Made by a program: the position numbers and the translations under genes
Assembly: GCA_964604415.1 (NCBI GenBank)
Contig: CAZRYT010000001.1
Coordinates: 4,818 to 68,817, forward strand
DNA from: an uncultured Candidatus Saccharibacteria bacterium
Lineage (GTDB): Bacteria > Patescibacteriota > Saccharimonadia > Saccharimonadales > CAZJQT01
Direction of reading: 5' to 3'
DNA: 64,000 nt
Part shown: positions 45,182 through 54,817 of the stretch, one piece after another
How positions within the stretch are numbered: position 1 is the first letter of the stretch
Layout of the letters: every line of letters starts with the position of its first letter
Notes under the pieces: model-generated
What the model saw: only the letters and a program-made list of their open reading frames with translations
The model's database searches: none
What the model was told of the DNA's origin: nothing

Positions 45182-46434
45182 ACAGCGAACTCCAGCTCCG
45201 ATAGTACGTAAGGTTGGTCAAAAACTCTCTCTTCCAGCTGGTTGAGTAGTTGCCTTTCCAGCGCTGGTTGAGCCAAATAACGGCTATGCAGTTCGGGCCA
45301 AAGACTAGCTTGCATATGGTAGAATATTCGTCTTTCGTATGGCAGCTGATTTACTAGATTGATAGCTACGTCCAAGAGATTGAGGCTAACTGGACCATCT
45401 GGCGCTGGTAGAGCCACATAATCAAGCTGGTGCCAAAAATGCAGAGCTGGTTCAACCCTGAACAAGACAGCTTCGGCTTTGCGGTAAGCCAGGTCACTTG
45501 GCTGTACGTGCGGTTCAAAAATTTCCGGGTGATTTAAGCGCGACTTTTGCCCATAATGTCTAGCGATCATATGCCAGTTTATTGTCTGGCCTGCCAGATT
45601 AAAATCGTTGTTAGTTTTGTGGGTTAAAACATCGTCAATCAAACCACCAAAATGCGGTTGAACTTGATGAAACTTAAGGTATGAGCTGTGGATGCGGATC
45701 TCACATATTTCTTTGAGGCCATGAGCAAGGCTCAACAGCATCAGTCCTGGTCGATTAGGGATTTCTAGCGGCAAGACCACAACCATGCCTGCCTCCCACG
45801 AGCTAACTACAAAACTGTGGTTACTAGCTACGTGTACTTGAGCCAATTTGCTCCACCGCTTAGCTTCCGGGTATAGAACTTCGACTGGCTTAGTCTCAAA
45901 ATCGGATGATTCTAGCCGTTGGTACAAGTAACTAAGTTTGCTATGCCATCCACTCGACTCAGTCTGTTTAGCTAGACATAGCAAAGCGGCTACGTTCTCT
46001 CGCTTTAACATCGAGTCAGCTGAGCGGTAATGCAACTGTCTCATAAGATTTTTGGGTGGATTTTTGGACAAAAGTCGGCGGATACTGGCGGCTTTTAGCG
46101 TCCAAGCCGATCTGGGTATTTTCAGACGGTTCAAGACTTGGGCAGATCTTTGCAAAATAAAAGTACTGTTATTAGTGTCTGCGAGTCCCAGTTTTCTCAT
46201 CAAGAACTCATCGTGCAACTTAGCTAAGCCCAGAGCGGCGTTGTAGAGCTCTTTGGGTGTTGTATCGCGTGGATCCAGTCCAAGAGCACGGGTTTTTTGG
46301 TGAAGCGAGCCATATATTTCCGCCGACAAACGGATATCAACACCGGGCTGGCCACTGGCAGCTTCCAGCCGGTGGATTCTATCGGCCAACTCGCGCCTAT
46401 CGGTTTGGGTTAAATCAGCGATTAATTTACACAT
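45178..46434 (-). CDS. Hypothetical protein (418 aa)
   Basis: ORF translationally coupled to the LOG-like gene. No motif recognised. Confidence 0.6.
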   Translation of the reverse strand: MCKLIADLTQTDRRELADRIHRLEAASGQPGVDIRLSAEIYGSLHQKTRALGLDPRDTTPKELYNAALGLAKLHDEFLMRKLGLADTNNSTFILQRSAQVLNRLKIPRSAWTLKAASIRRLLSKNPPKNLMRQLHYRSADSMLKRENVAALLCLAKQTESSGWHSKLSYLYQRLESSDFETKPVEVLYPEAKRWSKLAQVHVASNHSFVVSSWEAGMVVVLPLEIPNRPGLMLLSLAHGLKEICEIRIHSSYLKFHQVQPHFGGLIDDVLTHKTNNDFNLAGQTINWHMIARHYGQKSRLNHPEIFEPHVQPSDLAYRKAEAVLFRVEPALHFWHQLDYVALPAPDGPVSLNLLDVAINLVNQLPYERRIFYHMQASLWPELHSRYLAQPALERQLLNQLEERVFDQPYVLSELEFAV

Positions 46435-46500
46435 TTTCTTTTCTTTTTACTTGTGCCCTGTTGACTTAAGCATAACACCGCTAGACATAAGCGTAAAGAG

Positions 46501-47502
46501 TTATTTGAAGGGTTCTGGCTTGTACCAACTGGGTGCTTTTTGCAACCATTCGCCTATTTCTTGCTCGGTTAATAGGCCGGCCTGAGCCCCAACTTTCTGA
46601 ACCACGCTCATAGAGTTGATCGGTGCCCACTGCAGAGCCCCTTCTATAGAGTTGCCCTTCGCCAAAGCAGCCACAAAAGTACTAGAAAAAGCATCGCCAG
46701 CACCAGTGCGCTCAAAGGGTGGCGCTGGGTCGGGATACGGCGGCATTTTAAGTTTTTGGTTGCCATCGGAGGCATAAGCACCAGCCGGCCCATCAGTAAT
46801 GACTACCATTTTAGGCCCAAGCTTATGGAGTCTGGCAAATAAGTCATTGATATTATCGGCTTTGCCGCCGGAAATCTTGGCGGCTTCTTCACGGTTCACA
46901 ATCAAGACTGCCGAGTGTTGATAGAGCTTAGCCAAACGCTCAGCGCCAGCCTCAATCTGAAAAGTTCCAGGCTGAAAGGCCATATTAATCTCCGGGTTTC
47001 GCTCCAACCAATCAGCTATATCATCATGCATACTAAGAGCGTGCTGGCTAATTGAACTAAAATAAACCCACTTCGGCAGTTCTTTTGGAGACAAGTGCGG
47101 CCAATGGTAGTCATACTCCTCATGTTTGATTAGAATTGTGCGTTCTTCTTTGTACCAAAGTACGTAATGATAATTGCTCTTCTTGTCTGGATTGATATGG
47201 ACAAAACGTGTATCAACCTTGGCTTGGTGCAGGGCATTTATCATGTCACGGCCATGTTGATCGCCACCAACATTGGTCACAAAGCCGCTTTTGAGCCCAA
47301 GCTTGGCAAAAGCTACGGCGGCATTGCTGGCATTGCCAACGGCTTCAATAACCTCAGCATGGTCAAATGGCAGCTTGGTGGCAAACGGCATAGTTAGCCA
47401 TTTACCATTGGCATTTTCGTAAGACACCGCTTGATCATCAAGCAGTTTTATAAAAGCGTCCGTTACGACGTCACCGACGGCTAAAACGTCAAATTGATCC
47501 AT
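46501..47502 (-). CDS. PfkB-family carbohydrate/nucleoside kinase
   Basis: 333 aa. N-terminal VGDVVTD, a GG dipeptide and the C-terminal TGAGDAF signature. Confidence 0.85.
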   Translation of the reverse strand: MDQFDVLAVGDVVTDAFIKLLDDQAVSYENANGKWLTMPFATKLPFDHAEVIEAVGNASNAAVAFAKLGLKSGFVTNVGGDQHGRDMINALHQAKVDTRFVHINPDKKSNYHYVLWYKEERTILIKHEEYDYHWPHLSPKELPKWVYFSSISQHALSMHDDIADWLERNPEINMAFQPGTFQIEAGAERLAKLYQHSAVLIVNREEAAKISGGKADNINDLFARLHKLGPKMVVITDGPAGAYASDGNQKLKMPPYPDPAPPFERTGAGDAFSSTFVAALAKGNSIEGALQWAPINSMSVVQKVGAQAGLLTEQEIGEWLQKAPSWYKPEPFK

Positions 47503-47523
47503 GTTTGCCCACCATACTAACTC

Positions 47524-48438
47524 CTAGTCTACCACGGCCTTTCCAGCCGAATTAAACATATCAATCTTTTCCTCAACTACTTCCTGAACGGCGGCAATTA
47601 CTTTATCCATCAACTTAACAACAGCATACTCCGTAGGGTTGTCGGCTAGTACTTTTTCTAAGGTTTTGCGGTAAGCTACGCGCATATCAGAGTTAATATT
47701 AACCTTGCTGACTCCGACTCTGATAGCGTCAACAAAATAGTGTCCTGGCGTACCACTACCACCATGTAGGCTGATATTACAATCCAAGGCTGCGCGAATT
47801 TTTTTCAGTAAATCAATGTCCAGCATTTTGGGGACTGGGTATTGACCGTGAAGGTTGCCGATGGCGGCCGCATAGGTATCAATTCCGGTAGCCTCAACAA
47901 ATTGTTTGGCTTCTTCAGGCACCGTGAAATGCTTCTTGATTTCAGCGTAATCTATTTTCTCTTTATGTAAGTTAGAACTACCAGCAAAATAATGTGGCTC
48001 ACTCTCAACCAACGCCCCAGTTAATTTGGCGTATTCAACGATCTGTTTGGTTTCGGTGATTATTTCTTCAGGAGTTGCGTTGTTACGGGCTTTGCTGATA
48101 TCAATATGAATAAATTCAAAACCGGCTTCTATGCCAGCAATAGCACCAGCAATGGTTGGGCTATGATCTAAGTTGATATACATTTCTACGCCTAGTTGAT
48201 CACGGTAGTTATCAACCATATCGCGGACATTATCCAGCCCGATGGCGTCTGCTTCATCCTGGCTAACTTCAACCATCAATGGCGCTTTTTTGGCTGCTGC
48301 CGCTTGGGCAACCGCTTTCAAGGTTTCTTGGTTATCTAGGTTGAAGGCGCCTAGGGCAAAATGTTCCTGGCGTGCCCTGGCCATAGCGGCTCGGGCTTTT
48401 TGACAGTTTTCCCTAATTTGTTCCAATGCTAGTGGCAT
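47524..48438 (-). CDS. fba: Class II fructose-bisphosphate aldolase
   Basis: 304 aa. Motifs NLDH, LHGGSG and the NINSD metal/phosphate-binding motif. Confidence 0.9.
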   Translation of the reverse strand: MPLALEQIRENCQKARAAMARARQEHFALGAFNLDNQETLKAVAQAAAAKKAPLMVEVSQDEADAIGLDNVRDMVDNYRDQLGVEMYINLDHSPTIAGAIAGIEAGFEFIHIDISKARNNATPEEIITETKQIVEYAKLTGALVESEPHYFAGSSNLHKEKIDYAEIKKHFTVPEEAKQFVEATGIDTYAAAIGNLHGQYPVPKMLDIDLLKKIRAALDCNISLHGGSGTPGHYFVDAIRVGVSKVNINSDMRVAYRKTLEKVLADNPTEYAVVKLMDKVIAAVQEVVEEKIDMFNSAGKAVVD

Positions 48439-48439
48439 A

Positions 48440-49420
48440 TCAGGTTTTCCTATCCATTAAGACGTGGGCCGCCATCATTATGTGTTTAGCAGTTAGGCCA
48501 AAATGCTCTAATAATTCTTCCGGATCGCCGGATTCGCCAAAATGATCCTGCATACCAAGGCGTTTTAATGGCGTTGGCAACTCTTCGCCGAGTAGTTCGG
48601 CCACAGCGCCACCAAGACCACCGTTGATCTGGGCTTCTTCTATGGTTATGACGGCGCGGGTTTTGCGCGCGCTTCTAAGGATTGTTTCTTTGTCTAGCGG
48701 CTTGATGGTTGGGCAATGAATAACTTCAGTATCTATGCCTTCTTTGTAGAGTTTCTCGGCTGCCACTAAGGCTTGATAGGTCATGCTGCCCGTGGCTATG
48801 ATGGTCAATTCATTACCACCAGCATGGACATAAGCCTGTCCAATTTTAAAAGGTGTTCTATCGGTAGTAAAAATCGGCGTCGCTTCACGCGCTAAGCGCA
48901 TATAGTTTGGGCGTTTGTCTTTAGCCATGGCTAGTGTCGCACGCTCAGCTTCTAGGCTATCACCTGGAGCAATCACGACCATATTAGGTAGGGCTCGCAT
49001 CAGAGCCAGGTCTTCCAGCATCTGATGAGTTGCGCCATCCGGGCCGACACTGACGCCGGCGTGCGAACCAATAATCTTAACCGGACGGTTATTTAGACAA
49101 ATAGTAGTGCGGATTTGCTCCCAGTTGCGCCCTGGACTAAAAGCAGCATAGCTAGATACAAATGGGATCTTACCCATAGCAGCTAGACCCGAGCCAACTG
49201 TTACTAAGTTTTGTTCGGCCACACCAATTTCTATAAAACGCTCAGGAAACTCGTCTCTAAATAAATGCATTTGGGTTGATTCGGTCAAATCAGCACAAGC
49301 GGCCACAACGTTGGCGTCTAGTTTACCGGCTGTTAGTAGCCCACGGCCAAAGCCTTTACGGATCGGCTCTTTGGCGATATCTTTGGCTAAAACATCTTTG
49401 ATTAAATGTAGATCGTCCAT
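48440..49420 (-). CDS. Transketolase, C-terminal (pyrimidine-binding) subunit
   Basis: 326 aa. Motifs GVAEQN and GPDGATHQ. The split-gene arrangement overlaps the N-terminal subunit gene by 1 nt (TAATG). Confidence 0.92.
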   Translation of the reverse strand: MDDLHLIKDVLAKDIAKEPIRKGFGRGLLTAGKLDANVVAACADLTESTQMHLFRDEFPERFIEIGVAEQNLVTVGSGLAAMGKIPFVSSYAAFSPGRNWEQIRTTICLNNRPVKIIGSHAGVSVGPDGATHQMLEDLALMRALPNMVVIAPGDSLEAERATLAMAKDKRPNYMRLAREATPIFTTDRTPFKIGQAYVHAGGNELTIIATGSMTYQALVAAEKLYKEGIDTEVIHCPTIKPLDKETILRSARKTRAVITIEEAQINGGLGGAVAELLGEELPTPLKRLGMQDHFGESGDPEELLEHFGLTAKHIMMAAHVLMDRKT

Positions 49421-50277
49421 TATTGGTGCTCGCTCCTAATCTTTCCTTTCAGAGTCCTGAGCTCGTGCAGCGCCTTTACCGCTTCCTCGTGACTTGGTGG
49501 TTTACCGTGCCAGTGAAAATCGTACTCCATAAAATCAACACCCTTACCCGGTATAGTGTGGGCAATTATCATTATGGGTTTTTCTACAATCGCCTTGGCC
49601 ATGGCACAGGCATCAATCACGGCCTCAATGTCGTTGCCATCTACTTCTATAACGTGCCAACCAAAGGCTTCCCATTTGGCTCGCAGATCCTCCAATGGCA
49701 TGATTGATTCGGTTGGACCATCAATCTGGATGTTATTCCTATCAGTTATAGCAATGATGTTGTTTAGTTTGTACTTACTGGCTAATAGAGCCGCTTCCCA
49801 AACGTTGCCTTCGTCTTGCTCACCATCGCTCATGACCACATAAACCCAGCGGTGAGTAGTTTTGTCCATGCGCATGGCGAGCGCCATACCGCAGGCTTGG
49901 CTGAGACCACAGCCTAGCGGGCCACTAGTGTTTTCCAGACCTGGCAAGCGTTCCCTCTCGGGGTGACCCTGCAGTCTGGACCCAAGTTGCCTTAGCGTCA
50001 GTAGTTCCTTTTTGTCAAAATAGCCGGCTTCGGCCATAGTGGCGTAGCGCACCGGCACACAATGTCCATTACTGAGCAGCAAAATATCACGCTCCGGCCA
50101 ATCTGGTTTTTTAGGATCGTGCTTTAAGACGTCAAAGTATAGAGCTGTAAAAATGTCAGTGAGCCCCAGTGGCCCAGCCGAGTGTCCACTACCAGCCTGC
50201 TCAAGCATGCGGATGATGCTTTCGCGAATAGCTTCGGCTTTGAGCTCAAGGTCTCTTAGACTAAGTGGTTTTGCCAT
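49420..50277 (-). CDS. Transketolase, N-terminal (TPP-binding) subunit
   Basis: Motifs GHSAGPLG and SDGEQDEGNVWEA. The ATG at 50277 is preferred over the track TTG at 50289. Confidence 0.9.
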   Translation of the reverse strand: MAKPLSLRDLELKAEAIRESIIRMLEQAGSGHSAGPLGLTDIFTALYFDVLKHDPKKPDWPERDILLLSNGHCVPVRYATMAEAGYFDKKELLTLRQLGSRLQGHPERERLPGLENTSGPLGCGLSQACGMALAMRMDKTTHRWVYVVMSDGEQDEGNVWEAALLASKYKLNNIIAITDRNNIQIDGPTESIMPLEDLRAKWEAFGWHVIEVDGNDIEAVIDACAMAKAIVEKPIMIIAHTIPGKGVDFMEYDFHWHGKPPSHEEAVKALHELRTLKGKIRSEHQ

Positions 50278-50911
50278 TTTTATGTCCAATTACTTCTCTT
50301 ATTTTAACATAAGCGGTCTCTGGGTCTGGATCATTCATAATAAAACCACCGACGTTTAAAACATCAACCCCAAGTTCGACCAAAAGTGGCGCATTTCTGT
50401 TGGTGATACCGCCGTCCCAACCAATTTCGGCTTCATGATGCAGACTGCGAATGGCTTTAACTTTCTCAAGCAGTAGTAAATCAGCTTTGCCGCCATGGTA
50501 ACCCAGCTTACCACTGAAAATTAAGACGTGGTCAAAGCTATACAAATACTTTTCGGCTTTTTCGACCGGGGTATCAGCCAGCAAAGCCAATCCGGCTTTA
50601 ATGCCGGCCTTATGCAGGTGAGCCGCAAACAAGCTGTGATCAACTTTTGCCTCGGCGTGGATCACCACCAGGTGAGGTTTTAGCTCAATTAGTTTTGCCA
50701 TGGCCGTCGCTGGTAATTGATACATCAGATGAATGTCGGCTTTGACACCATGCGGCCACCAAACATGCTCTAGCCCTGGCGAACGCGTTGGTGCAAATTG
50801 GCCATCCATCAAATCTATATGAACACGTGTGGCAAAATTAGCAACTCGCTCCATCTGCGTCCGGTACTCATGAGTGTCGTAGGCAGTGATGGTTGGCGCA
50901 ACCTGGGCCAC
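50261..50911 (-). CDS. rpe: Ribulose-phosphate 3-epimerase
   Basis: HIDLMDGQFAP motif and TIM-barrel pattern. The likely start is GTG 50911, 1 nt after the rpiB stop. The track TTG at 50965 would overlap rpiB by 53 nt. Confidence 0.8.
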   Translation of the reverse strand: MAQVAPTITAYDTHEYRTQMERVANFATRVHIDLMDGQFAPTRSPGLEHVWWPHGVKADIHLMYQLPATAMAKLIELKPHLVVIHAEAKVDHSLFAAHLHKAGIKAGLALLADTPVEKAEKYLYSFDHVLIFSGKLGYHGGKADLLLLEKVKAIRSLHHEAEIGWDGGITNRNAPLLVELGVDVLNVGGFIMNDPDPETAYVKIREVIGHKNGKTT

Positions 50912-50912
50912 T

Positions 50913-51356
50913 TTATAGCTCGTCAATTTCTTTGATACGTCTGACAAACCGCGGTGCGTCGGCAAACTCAGTGTTTAGGAATGTTTCTACCAACAGATTA
51001 GCATCGTCTTTTTCAAATAATTTAGCCGGCAAGCAAAGCACATTGATATCATCGTCATTACGGCTGGATTGAATGGTTTCGCGACTATAGCCCATGGCCG
51101 CCCGGATGCCTTTGAAGCGATTGGCTGCGATACACATACCCTGGCCACTACCACAGATCAAAATGCCACGCGGGTCGCTATCACCACTGGCTAGCATGCC
51201 ATTGACTACCTTGCTGGCAAAGACTGGAAAATCGTCATCAACATCCAATTTTTTATCGCCATCGTCAACCACATCATAGCCAGCCTTTTTAAGATAACGC
51301 AAAAGTGTGTTCCTAAGATAGAAACCTTGGTGATCTGCCCCGACAAAAACCTTCAT
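50913..51356 (-). CDS. rpiB: Ribose-5-phosphate isomerase B
   Basis: 147 aa. LacAB/RpiB family (ILICGSGQGMCIAANR). Confidence 0.92.
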   Translation of the reverse strand: MKVFVGADHQGFYLRNTLLRYLKKAGYDVVDDGDKKLDVDDDFPVFASKVVNGMLASGDSDPRGILICGSGQGMCIAANRFKGIRAAMGYSRETIQSSRNDDDINVLCLPAKLFEKDDANLLVETFLNTEFADAPRFVRRIKEIDEL

Positions 51357-51391
51357 TTATTTCAACCTAAATAAGCGAGTATTTTTCACGA

Positions 51392-51457
51392 AAGAGACTA
51401 AGGCGAAACGCGAACCGGAGTAACCAACTGGATTACTCCGCGTGGGAGTGGTCTCTT
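51392..51457 (-). other. Three-tier imperfect hairpin in the gap-rpiB intergenic region
   Basis: Minus strand: AAGAGAC...ACGC-GGAGTAA-TCCAGTTGG-TTACTCC-GGTTC-GCGT...GTCTCTT. No clear U-tract follows. Confidence 0.45.
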
Positions 51458-51475
51458 GAGGAAGAATACGAGCGT

Positions 51476-52492
51476 TCATGATTGCAATTGCTTCCCAGCC
51501 TCGGCTGTCATTTCCACCAAACGGTTAGAATAGCCCCACTCGTTATCGTACCAAGCCACGACTTTGAGCATATTGCCGCCGATAACAGCCGTTAAGTTCA
51601 AATCAACAATTGCCGAATGGCTATTACCAATAAAGTCGCTACTGACTAATTCTTCTTCAGTCACTGTCAGAATACCCTGAAAGTATGGATTGGCGGCGGC
51701 AGTTTTAAAAACCTCATTGACTGCCTCGACTGTGACTGGTTTTTTGGTGATGATCACGAAGTCACTCAGGCTGACCACCGGCGTTGGTACGCGTATGCTC
51801 AAACCACCAAAAACTCCCGTTAAAGCCGGTAAAGCTTTGGCGGCGGCAATACTGGCACCCGTACTAGTCGGCACGATGTTCTCAGCAGCACTACGTGCTT
51901 CACGTAAATCTTTAGCTGGTGCGTCCTGCAATTTCTGGCTAGCAGTGTAACTATGGACGGTGGTCATCATGGCTTTTTCGATACCAAAATTACTTTCAAT
52001 AATAGCCGCCACCGGTGTAATACAGTTAGTCGTGCAGCTAGCGTTAGAAATTACTTGGTGGTCGGGATTTAAGTCTTGCTCATTAACCCCCATAACATAG
52101 GTGTCATGATGAGTGTCGTCCTTTTCTGGGGCAGACAACACGACTCGCCTAGCACCAGCTTCAATGTGCTTGAGCAAGTCCTCATGTTTAGTGAAAAAGC
52201 CAGTTGCTTCAATTACGACCTCAACGCCCATTTCCTTCCATGGCAATTTGGATGGATCTTTCTCGGCCAATACTTTGATGGCCTGGCCAGCCACTATCAA
52301 GTGACCATCATCAGAGGTAACTTCACGGCTATAAACTCCGTAATTGCTGTCATGTTTCAATAAATGTGCCAAAGTTTTTGGGTCAGTCAGGTCATTAATG
52401 GCTACAATCTCCAGATCGGCCCGTTCAAAAGCAATTTTAAAGGCGTTGCGCCCGATGCGCCCAAAGCCATTTATAGCAATCTGTGTTTTCAA
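51476..52492 (-). CDS. gap: Glyceraldehyde-3-phosphate dehydrogenase
   Basis: 338 aa. Motifs NGFGRIGR and SCTTNC. TTG start with a GAGGTG SD 7 nt upstream. Confidence 0.96.
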   Translation of the reverse strand: MKTQIAINGFGRIGRNAFKIAFERADLEIVAINDLTDPKTLAHLLKHDSNYGVYSREVTSDDGHLIVAGQAIKVLAEKDPSKLPWKEMGVEVVIEATGFFTKHEDLLKHIEAGARRVVLSAPEKDDTHHDTYVMGVNEQDLNPDHQVISNASCTTNCITPVAAIIESNFGIEKAMMTTVHSYTASQKLQDAPAKDLREARSAAENIVPTSTGASIAAAKALPALTGVFGGLSIRVPTPVVSLSDFVIITKKPVTVEAVNEVFKTAAANPYFQGILTVTEEELVSSDFIGNSHSAIVDLNLTAVIGGNMLKVVAWYDNEWGYSNRLVEMTAEAGKQLQS

Positions 52493-52522
52493 TTTTACCC
52501 ACCTCGTCTATATTCAGAGATT

Positions 52523-52551
52523 ATTGTACGAGCTCATAAGGTTAAGCGCAA
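52523..52551 (-). promoter_or_regulatory. Promoter TTGCGC-17 nt-TACAAT for the gap operon
   Basis: Read on the minus strand, about 30 nt upstream of the TTG start. Confidence 0.5.
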
Positions 52552-52561
52552 TATTTATAGC

Positions 52562-53005
52562 CTAGCCGGCCGGAATTAATTCCTCTATGACACTAAAGTC
52601 GGTAATTGTACTAAGGGGTACGATCTCGTAATCTTCTCCCCAGGTCGGATAAGTCACCAGAGCTATCCATCCTTGGTTAGTCTCCTGTGTCTCTATAACT
52701 TTGCAACCTTGGTAATCAATTGGTTTCATTTCTTGATCGGTCAACGAATAACATGGCACGGTCGTGATAGCTTTATTGCCATCTGGGCTGATACGTACAC
52801 AGGCATGACTGGTCGGCGTGCCTTTAAATTGCAGTCTTTCATCAGTCATTTTGCCTAGCATTGCAGCAAAGGCTAACATGTCCAAAGCATGTTTTTGGCG
52901 AGCTTCGTGAACAGCGTCTTGTGATGCCTGTTGCCGCGCGAACAATTCTTCAATTGTAGCCAATGGGCGTGCTTCAACCCGCTCACCTGGGAATTCCTCT
53001 CCCAT
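52562..53005 (-). CDS. Hypothetical cytoplasmic protein (147 aa)
   Basis: The ORF abuts the ppa stop (1-nt overlap). No motif recognised. Confidence 0.5.
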   Translation of the reverse strand: MGEEFPGERVEARPLATIEELFARQQASQDAVHEARQKHALDMLAFAAMLGKMTDERLQFKGTPTSHACVRISPDGNKAITTVPCYSLTDQEMKPIDYQGCKVIETQETNQGWIALVTYPTWGEDYEIVPLSTITDFSVIEELIPAG

Positions 53006-53538
53006 TAGTTTTTATCCTGATAGCGTTTGACGCAAGCGGTAATGATCTTCTGGGCCTCGTCTGCATCACCCCAGCCGACAACTTTAGTGCTACCAGGCTT
53101 TTTCAGATCTTTGTAGTGATTAAAATGATGTTCAATCTTTTGCTTCCACTGATCGTGCAGGTCATCTAAGGACTTAATGGCATCGCCAGTATTGCGGTCA
53201 TCAGCTGGTACACAAACAATCTTGTGATCATTGTCACCATCATCAACAAAATTTAGCACACCAACTACCTTGGCTTTTAAGTAAACGCCAGTTGGAATCG
53301 GGTCATTGGTCAGAACCAAAGTATCAAGCTCGTCACCGTCATCGTCCAGAGTCTGAGGTATAAAACCATAGTTGCAAGGCTTAGCGAAAATACTTGGCTC
53401 AACGCGGTCTAGCTCAAATATAGCCAGTTCTTTATTCCACTCAATCTTGAGTGTTGACCATTTGGGAATTTCAATAACAGTGTTGATGACACCGCCATCA
53501 ACATCACCAGCGTCCAAAATTTTATTAAAATCAGCCAA
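53005..53538 (-). CDS. ppa: Inorganic pyrophosphatase (family I)
   Basis: 177 aa. DGDELDTLV and DDGDNDHKIV acidic metal-binding motifs. Confidence 0.93.
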   Translation of the reverse strand: MADFNKILDAGDVDGGVINTVIEIPKWSTLKIEWNKELAIFELDRVEPSIFAKPCNYGFIPQTLDDDGDELDTLVLTNDPIPTGVYLKAKVVGVLNFVDDGDNDHKIVCVPADDRNTGDAIKSLDDLHDQWKQKIEHHFNHYKDLKKPGSTKVVGWGDADEAQKIITACVKRYQDKN

Positions 53539-53581
53539 TGTAATATCTCCGATTAATCAGTAATATTGTACACTACCTTTC

Positions 53582-54265
53582 ATGCACATCATCGGCCACA
53601 GAGGCGCGGCTGGTTTAGAGTTAGAAAATACTATGGCCAGCATCCAAGCTGCCTTAAATTATAGGGTTGAAGCTATAGAGATCGATGTCCGTAAAACTAA
53701 AGACAAACATTTGGTACTGTGTCATGACGCCGATCTTCAAAGAGTGGCTGACGACCAGCGTAGAGTTCGTGAACTTACACTCAAACAGATTCAGAAAATA
53801 CCACTTCTAACTGGGGCTGTGATCCCGACCCTTGAGGAAGCATTGGAGCTAATTGGAGATAGACCAGTTGTCATAGAGCTAAAAGAGAGTGGTTGTTTGG
53901 ATATTTTAATAGCAGTGCTAAAAAATTTCCCTGAGGCCAACATTTCCGTGGCGTCATTCAAACATGCTGAACTAGTTAAGTTAAGCCAATTGCAGACCGG
54001 GATCAAGGTGTATGGCCTGGAAAGAACTAAGCCATTCGATATTATTCATAACGCCAAACGCTTGGGTTTGAACGGTCTTGGTCTAAATTACTGGCTATTA
54101 AACCCTTTAACTTATTGGCTGTGTCGTCGAGCTAACCTAGATATTTATATTTATACGCTAGACAACGCTATTCTAGCTCGGGCAATATCAACGCTGTATC
54201 CAAAGGTTTCAATTTGCACCAACTTCCCAAACCGGTTTGTCCGCAAAGTGCCCCGATCTGTCTAG
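53582..54265 (+). CDS. Glycerophosphodiester phosphodiesterase
   Basis: 227 aa. GDPD motifs HRGAAG...EN and EIDVRKTKDxHLVLCHD. Confidence 0.88.
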   Translation: MHIIGHRGAAGLELENTMASIQAALNYRVEAIEIDVRKTKDKHLVLCHDADLQRVADDQRRVRELTLKQIQKIPLLTGAVIPTLEEALELIGDRPVVIELKESGCLDILIAVLKNFPEANISVASFKHAELVKLSQLQTGIKVYGLERTKPFDIIHNAKRLGLNGLGLNYWLLNPLTYWLCRRANLDIYIYTLDNAILARAISTLYPKVSICTNFPNRFVRKVPRSV

Positions 54266-54702
54266 TTGCTTGGTTTAGCTAGATCGGCTACAACTCGTAT
54301 GTAGTTTTCTGTCTTGTTCTTTGGTATATCTTTAAACCAGTCATTAATAGCTTCTGCAACATCAGACTCAAGCCTGAGTAGCGTACGCCGACCGCGGATA
54401 GTGACAATAACTTGACGACCACGCCGATCTTTTATTAATATTTTCTGTTTAACAAAGCGTAGTTTGGTGAGTGTTGAGACTAAGGCTGTCACCTGCGGCA
54501 GGGTGACATCAAGCGAGTTTGCAATTTGTGACATGCTGACGCCCTGTTTGGGGCCAGCTGCAATAACGTTCAGAGCCAACCATTCCATGATACTGAGACG
54601 ACTTTTAGATAGACGGTCAGCTACTAGGCTGCGCATTGCCCTATCAGCACGAGCATGGTTCAGACACAACTCATACATGGATGGCAAAACACTTTTACTC
54701 AT
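54262..54702 (-). CDS. MarR-family transcriptional regulator
   Basis: 146 aa with the winged-HTH pattern typical of MarR. Confidence 0.85.
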   Translation of the reverse strand: MSKSVLPSMYELCLNHARADRAMRSLVADRLSKSRLSIMEWLALNVIAAGPKQGVSMSQIANSLDVTLPQVTALVSTLTKLRFVKQKILIKDRRGRQVIVTIRGRRTLLRLESDVAEAINDWFKDIPKNKTENYIRVVADLAKPSN

Positions 54703-54817
54703 GAACTAATTTTGTCAATAAAACTTCAGCTTGTAAAGTATCCACAGTTACGCACCGCACTGGCCTGCTTTGTTGCAGAGCCACAAACTCTGCGAGTGCT
54801 CTTGGCCCTAAATCCAT
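54695..54817 (-). CDS. Possible 40-aa ORF translationally coupled to the marR gene
   Basis: MDLGPRALAEFVALQQSRPVRCVTVDTLQAEVLLTKLVHE*. Its stop overlaps the marR ATG (ATGAGTAA). The track extends it to a TTG at 54898. Confidence 0.3.
   Translation of the reverse strand: MDLGPRALAEFVALQQSRPVRCVTVDTLQAEVLLTKLVHE

Noticed and set aside
50912-50965. A 53-nt overlap of rpe with rpiB, implied by the track TTG start.
   Set aside because: The Rpe core begins at ...VAQVAPTI..., and a GTG lies 1 nt after the rpiB stop. A long out-of-frame overlap is unnecessary.
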